Below, one piece after another: positions 59,122 to 64,000 of a DNA stretch of 64,000 nucleotides; position 1 is the first letter of the stretch; every line of letters begins with the position of its first letter. Source of the DNA: TPA_inf: Saccharomyces (lineage: Eukaryota); the NCBI GenBank assembly GCA_000146045.2, contig BK006941.2, positions 1 through 64,000 of the forward strand. The letters are read 5' to 3'. A model generated the notes under the pieces. It did not search any database and had not been told where the DNA came from. It saw only the letters and a list, made by a program, of their open reading frames with translations. A program made the translations under genes and the position numbers.

Positions 59122-61854
59122 ATGGACCAAGAAGGCCAGCCATTGCTTTCAAAAGATTTTCAGCAGGTTTTACTGGCTACTGCATCCGGAAACAATTCAT
59201 CGTGGACAGAAAGGGCTGTTCTCAACAATGAAAGTACAGATGCAGTGAAACACGAACCTGCGCTGGGCCAAAATGATGTGTTTGATTTAGATCCTTTATC
59301 CTTTGATAAGTGGGTACCTTTTTTAAGAAGGGCTCTTGATAAAAATCAATTGGACCCCGTAATTGATGAATTGGAAAATTCAATTGAGGATAACTTTCAA
59401 GGTCTGGAATTGCAATTATTACAAGATTCCCAAATGAATGATAAGCTGGAAACATCTATAGACGAAATTGCAAACATCCAAGGTATGGTGCAAGACACTT
59501 TATCCAGTGAAATTTCCAAATTTCAAATAAGATTGAGTGAATCAGCTAATGAACTAATTGTCAAGAAACAAATGTATGTTAATAACAAAAAAATTTCACT
59601 AAAAATTTCAGAAGCAACAATTTTAATCACTAAGGTTGTTAGAATCTTGGAATTATCCAGCAAATGTCAAGAATTGATCACCGAAAGAAAGTTTTTCAAA
59701 GTTTTACAAAACTTGGATAGTCTGGAGAAATTGTATCTACAAGAATTTAAGAATTATAATTTCCAATTTTTAATTGAAATTTACAATTCTATACCATTTT
59801 TACAGAAAGTCACCAAGGATGAGTGTATAAATTTGATAAGGAATTCTCTAAATTTAAATTTAGGGAAGAACTTGATAAAAGTGGGGCAAGAATTCGTGGC
59901 AATTTATGAGAATGAATTACTTCCGCAATGGCTCGAAACGAGATCTAAAATGAAGTTGACAAATTTCAAATTTAATTCGCCTATAGAGATCTCCATGAGA
60001 GATGAATCCTTTCTAGCAAAGCTAAACTTGGGTGAATTTTTCCAGTTAGATGACTTTCACGATTCTATAATGATTTTTCAAAACTTAAATGAGTTGAGCG
60101 TCCTCTCTGGAGAGTTTAACAAAGAATATGAACTGAGAAAGACAAAACTAATGTATCCATTGATATGGAAGAAGAATAAAACAGCTGCATATCAAATGGA
60201 TTCGTTATTACGGGGTACAGGTACTACTCCTGGATCAACCGCGCATGACGTTTCCACAGATGATCCTTTCACACAAAGTCTAAGTTTACACTTTTTGCAG
60301 GATTACTTTTTGAAAATTCTCGGCTTCTTATTATATGATATTAATTTGAATAAAGCTACAGAATTTATCCTCGTTGATAATAACTATAATTCTACAAATG
60401 AATTTTGGGATGGACTCATGGACAGGTTGTCACCATATTTGAGTTATTTCATAGATGAGAAGCTGAAAACAGAAGAAGACATGATTAAATTGAAAGATTT
60501 TCTTTGTATTTATGTTGCCATTTTAGAAAATTTCAAACTGAACATCGAACCTTTATATAAAATTTTGGTTTCAATTTTCGAGAAATTCTGCTCTGTTTCC
60601 TTGAGAGCTTTTGACGATGAATTTCAAATCTTGTTAAACGATGATGATTTTATGCCTTTATCCATTAATGACAAGACATTATATGAGAAAGTTTTGAAGA
60701 TTTGCTGGATGAAGGAGGGCGAACACCTTTCCCTGCCAGATCCAACCAACGGAGAGCCATTTGCTGTGACTTTGCCTTTTTCTCCATTATACCCAATGAC
60801 GTGTACACTTGCTAAGAAAACATATTCTAAAATAACCGCATTTCTTTCCATATTTTATCGTCATGAGCTACACACTTTGAATAATATTTTGGTCAAAACA
60901 ATGGACGATATATTTAATGATATCGTCAATAAAAAAATTCGTTCTAAACTTGAAAGTACGTCGAGAGAAGAAATTGCACAAATCTTAGTCAATTTAGATT
61001 ATTTTATCATAGCAGCAAAAGAATTTAGTAACTTCATGACAAGAGAGAATATTTTACAAAACCCGGATATGGAAATACGGTTATCCTCGATAAAATATCT
61101 TGCGGAAAGCAGAAAATTGGCAGAAACAAAGTTAATTGAATTAATCGATTCTAAGATATCAGATATTCTTGAAACTATTGAAATTGACTGGCAAATAACG
61201 GAGGTAAGGCAAGACCCGGATATCTCCATCATTGATCTGGCACAATTTTTAGAAATGATGTTTGCCAGCACGCTACAAAATTTACCATACAGCGTCCAAA
61301 CATTATTGATTTTCCGTGAATTTGACTCCTTGACGAGACAATTCATGGGTCTATTATTGCATGACACACCAAGTACAATTACACATGAAAGCATAATGAA
61401 TTTTGAAGTTGATGTCAATTATTTAGAGAGCATTATTCCCAGAATTTTCCCCTCTACACCAGGTACTATAGATAGTAATGGATACCAGTCGCCAATGACC
61501 CCTTCGACGCCTACATTTCCAAATGCCAACGGTGTTGACGCACCAACATTATTTGAAAATAATATCAAATCGCTAGAAGCTACATTTATGGAGTTGAAGC
61601 AGTGTATAGAGTTATTAAAGACTCAGGGAAAAGATTATAATGAACCAGAAATAAGATTAAGAAAATATTCAAGAATTAGACAGGAAGATGCGGCTCTTTT
61701 GTTGAGCAAGATTCAGCACTTCGTCTCATCTGTAGAAGGAGCTAACGGCGATGACACTAGCGTAATGGATAGTAGCAGCATATTCAACTCTGAATCAGCG
61801 AGTGTCATTGACTCTAATACGAGTAGGATAGCCAAATTTTTTAATAGACGTTAA
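59122..61854 (+). CDS. SEC15: Exocyst complex subunit, 910 aa
   Basis: 910-aa ORF at the expected position. Length and composition match SEC15. ATG confirmed at 59122. Confidence 0.75.
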   Translation: MDQEGQPLLSKDFQQVLLATASGNNSSWTERAVLNNESTDAVKHEPALGQNDVFDLDPLSFDKWVPFLRRALDKNQLDPVIDELENSIEDNFQGLELQLLQDSQMNDKLETSIDEIANIQGMVQDTLSSEISKFQIRLSESANELIVKKQMYVNNKKISLKISEATILITKVVRILELSSKCQELITERKFFKVLQNLDSLEKLYLQEFKNYNFQFLIEIYNSIPFLQKVTKDECINLIRNSLNLNLGKNLIKVGQEFVAIYENELLPQWLETRSKMKLTNFKFNSPIEISMRDESFLAKLNLGEFFQLDDFHDSIMIFQNLNELSVLSGEFNKEYELRKTKLMYPLIWKKNKTAAYQMDSLLRGTGTTPGSTAHDVSTDDPFTQSLSLHFLQDYFLKILGFLLYDINLNKATEFILVDNNYNSTNEFWDGLMDRLSPYLSYFIDEKLKTEEDMIKLKDFLCIYVAILENFKLNIEPLYKILVSIFEKFCSVSLRAFDDEFQILLNDDDFMPLSINDKTLYEKVLKICWMKEGEHLSLPDPTNGEPFAVTLPFSPLYPMTCTLAKKTYSKITAFLSIFYRHELHTLNNILVKTMDDIFNDIVNKKIRSKLESTSREEIAQILVNLDYFIIAAKEFSNFMTRENILQNPDMEIRLSSIKYLAESRKLAETKLIELIDSKISDILETIEIDWQITEVRQDPDISIIDLAQFLEMMFASTLQNLPYSVQTLLIFREFDSLTRQFMGLLLHDTPSTITHESIMNFEVDVNYLESIIPRIFPSTPGTIDSNGYQSPMTPSTPTFPNANGVDAPTLFENNIKSLEATFMELKQCIELLKTQGKDYNEPEIRLRKYSRIRQEDAALLLSKIQHFVSSVEGANGDDTSVMDSSSIFNSESASVIDSNTSRIAKFFNRR

Positions 61855-62074
61855 AAAATTAGATATTATCTCAGTATAATCATTTGTACGTTCATAAGAA
61901 AGAATTTCGGACAGTCTTGAGTTTTTTGGTTTTAGCATCGAAAAAGTTCACTTCAAATAAATTTTTTTTTTATCATTGAATAACTCTTTATTTTTCACGT
62001 CAACCAAATACATCTCAAAAGTCTACTATATATTGAAAAGTATCATACAATTAGTGTAAATAAGTATCTTAATT

Positions 62075-63002
62075 ATGGGTGAAAAACGTAACCGTAATGG
62101 TAAGGATGCAAATTCCCAAAACAGGAAGAAAGTATGTCTGTCTGCACACGAATTAGAGTTCTTTAAGTACTAACGATCAAAAGTAATAGTTTAAAGTATC
62201 TTCCGGATTCTTAGACCCTGGTACGTCTGGAATATATGCCACATGTTCTAGAAGACATGAACGTCAAGCAGCCCAAGAGTTGCAGCTTTTATTCGAAGAA
62301 AAATTTCAAGAACTCTATGGGGATATCAAAGAAGGAGAAGATGAAAGTGAAAATGACGAAAAGAAAGATCTATCAATTGAAGACCAGATAAAAAAGGAAT
62401 TACAAGAATTGAAAGGTGAAGAAACAGGCAAAGATTTATCTTCAGGGGAGACAAAGAAGAAAGACCCCTTAGCCTTCATCGACTTGAACTGTGAGTGCGT
62501 GACATTTTGTAAAACAAGAAAGCCAATTGTTCCCGAAGAATTTGTGCTAAGTATCATGAAAGACTTAGCGGATCCCAAAAATATGGTTAAACGTACTAGA
62601 TATGTTCAGAAATTAACACCTATTACGTACTCTTGTAATGCAAAAATGGAGCAATTAATCAAGTTGGCCAATTTGGTTATTGGGCCACACTTTCATGACC
62701 CTTCGAATGTTAAAAAAAATTATAAATTTGCTGTAGAAGTGACAAGAAGAAATTTCAATACGATTGAAAGAATGGACATCATTAATCAAGTTGTGAAGCT
62801 GGTCAATAAAGAGGGTTCTGAGTTTAATCATACTGTGGACTTGAAGAACTATGATAAATTGATTCTAGTGGAATGTTTTAAGAGCAATATCGGAATGTGT
62901 GTAGTCGATGGGGATTATAAAACCAAATATCGTAAATACAACGTTCAACAGCTTTATGAATCGAAATTCCGAAAGGATGAAGATAAGAGTGTAAAACAAT
63001 AA
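62075..63002 (+). CDS. TAN1: tRNA ac4C-formation protein (THUMP domain), 289 aa, two exons: join(62075..62131,62190..63002)
   Basis: Exon 1 is ATGGGTGAAAAACGTAACCGTAATGGTAAGGATGCAAATTCCCAAAACAGGAAGAAA (MGEKRNRNGKDANSQNRKK). It is followed by a canonical GTATGT, a TACTAAC branch point about 15 nt before the AG at 62188-62189, and exon 2 starting FKVSSGFLDPGTSGIYATCSRRHERQAAQELQLLFEEKF... in the frame of the track ORF. That ORF begins at a TTG at 62280. Confidence 0.75.
62132..62189 (+). other. TAN1 intron (58 nt; GTATGT...TACTAAC...AG)
   Basis: The 5' splice site gtatgt is at 62132. The branch point tactaac is at about 62168-62174. The 3' splice site aatag lies immediately upstream of tttaaagtatc. 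Confidence 0.75.
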
Positions 63003-63047
63003 TCATATATGAAACAGAATAGATATTTTATATAAGTATATACGCTC

Positions 63048-63620
63048 TCAATCGGAAAACCATTGTAATCCATTATTATAATGAGCAATTCGTTCCCAGG
63101 GTAGCCAATCACCCTTAGCGTTAGGAATGAGACCCATTGAATTTAGTTTCCTGTATCCAATGTACATTAAGACGCCTTGGAATACGATATACATGAACAT
63201 AGCAGTTTGCACTTGACTTTGTGTTGCTTTATTACCCAACACTGGTTTGAATGCACTCCTTGTTGAAAATATTGCTTTAATGGGTCCAGAGAGTAGCATG
63301 AGGGCAGTCATTATAGGAATGATTTGTAAGGATGTACCGGACATATACGACATAAAAATATTCATCGGAATAGATTTGGCTGGTTGTAACGCAATTTGCC
63401 ATGCCTTCTGTACTTGTAATACTGTTATTTGGTTTTTTTGTGCCAAAGAAGTAGTTTGAGATGTAGCATCTTGTTGTTTTCTTGTAACATTTCCTTTAGA
63501 GGAATTACCTTCAAATCCTGGTGGTGAAGGTAATGTGTTTGAGTTCTGAATGTTGTATTTTTCGATATACTTGGTGTCCAATAGGTGTTTAGCCCATTCG
63601 TAAGGCTCCTGTTCACTCAT
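63048..63620 (-). CDS. EMC4: ER membrane protein complex subunit 4, 190 aa
   Basis: 190-aa ORF with C-terminal transmembrane segments at the position expected for YGL231C. ATG confirmed as cat at 63618-63620. Confidence 0.65.
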   Translation of the reverse strand: MSEQEPYEWAKHLLDTKYIEKYNIQNSNTLPSPPGFEGNSSKGNVTRKQQDATSQTTSLAQKNQITVLQVQKAWQIALQPAKSIPMNIFMSYMSGTSLQIIPIMTALMLLSGPIKAIFSTRSAFKPVLGNKATQSQVQTAMFMYIVFQGVLMYIGYRKLNSMGLIPNAKGDWLPWERIAHYNNGLQWFSD

Positions 63621-63771
63621 TTCTGTTGCTTATATCGTTTGGCTTTATTTTAACCTTAACTGATATTATGTTCAACTTTTTTTCATTCTATTTATATAGA
63701 AAAGAATACGCTTTTTTTATTATTTATGAAAGGAACATGAAAAAACTACGAATGTACAAAAGCAGAGATTG

Positions 63772-64000
63772 CTAGAGAATACATTGGTCAAGAATTTTCG
63801 CATATGGAACGCATTGCTCTTTTAGATGGGCTGTTAAATAATCGTAATTTAGGTTAGTTATTGCCCTTTGCGTCTTCCGTGGAACAATGTTGGTCCAATA
63901 AATTATAAAGAAAAGAAATTGGATAGCACAAATAAAAGAGCAAGCGATAATGCAAAACATTAAAAGTCTGTTTTCCATTAGTTTGTAATATTCTGAGGTC
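63772..64000 (-). CDS. 3' portion of a minus-strand ORF that continues past the window edge (likely YGL230C, a hypothetical membrane protein)
   Basis: The stop codon is at 63772. The frame stays open upstream of the internal ATG at 63978 (...DLRILQTMENRLL...) all the way to position 64000, so the gene is truncated by the window. Confidence 0.4.
   Translation of the reverse strand, partial: TSEYYKLMENRLLMFCIIACSFICAIQFLFFIIYWTNIVPRKTQRAITNLNYDYLTAHLKEQCVPYAKILDQCIL

Noticed and set aside
23940-61418. Antisense ORFs of 60-165 aa inside HXK2, MER3, KAP114, CSE1, GUS1, RTF1 and SEC15 (for example 23940-24257, 30152-30334, 47532-48029, 50361-50801, 40249-40677, 42251-42544, 60999-61418)
   Set aside because: They lie opposite well-supported long genes and have low-complexity translations. 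This is the expected background in long ORFs.

Overview
This window is the left end of Saccharomyces cerevisiae chromosome VII, from telomere TEL07L inward to YGL230C. Positions 1-60 are terminal C1-3A telomeric repeats (the C-rich strand of a left telomere). They are followed by X-element combinatorial repeats with CCCTAA (Tbf1-type) sites and an X core that ends near position 781 with a perfect ARS consensus. The rest is a subtelomeric gene-family block followed by compact core-chromosome genes.

Genes, in order: COS12, YGL262W, PAU11, YGL260W, a decayed yapsin relic (YPS5 plus YGL258W-A), VEL1, MNT2, ADH4, a 4.7-kb ORF-free gap, ZRT1 (with upstream zinc-responsive elements), FZF1, HXK2, RTG2, HFM1/MER3 (one intron, non-canonical GTAGTA 5' splice site), RMR1, ZIP2, PDE1, BRR6, RAI1, GUS1, RTF1, TAD1, YGL242C, KAP114, DOC1, CSE1, HAP2 (CAG/CAA tract encoding Q14), MTO1, ADE5,7 (two TGACTC boxes upstream), SEC15, TAN1 (one intron), EMC4, and the 3' part of YGL230C, which runs off the window edge.

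How the calls were made: gene identities come from recognisable protein motifs in the supplied ORF translations plus my recollection of the chrVII-L gene order. No database search was run.

Negative results: no tRNA genes, Ty LTRs or CRISPR arrays were found. The ORF track reports some non-ATG (TTG/GTG) starts as M; the coordinates below use the first sensible ATG.

Nothing in the window looks like an insertion or a foreign system. The most interesting signals are:
- the zinc-regulon neighbourhood, with ZRT1 zinc-responsive elements verifiable in the sequence;
- the adjacent MER3-RMR1-ZIP2 meiotic crossover genes, with the Mer1-enhancer intron of MER3;
- the frameshifted yapsin relic;
- an 83-codon ATG-initiated open frame upstream of ADH4 that looks like a mitochondrial presequence;
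- a frame-broken coding relic between COS12 and YGL262W.
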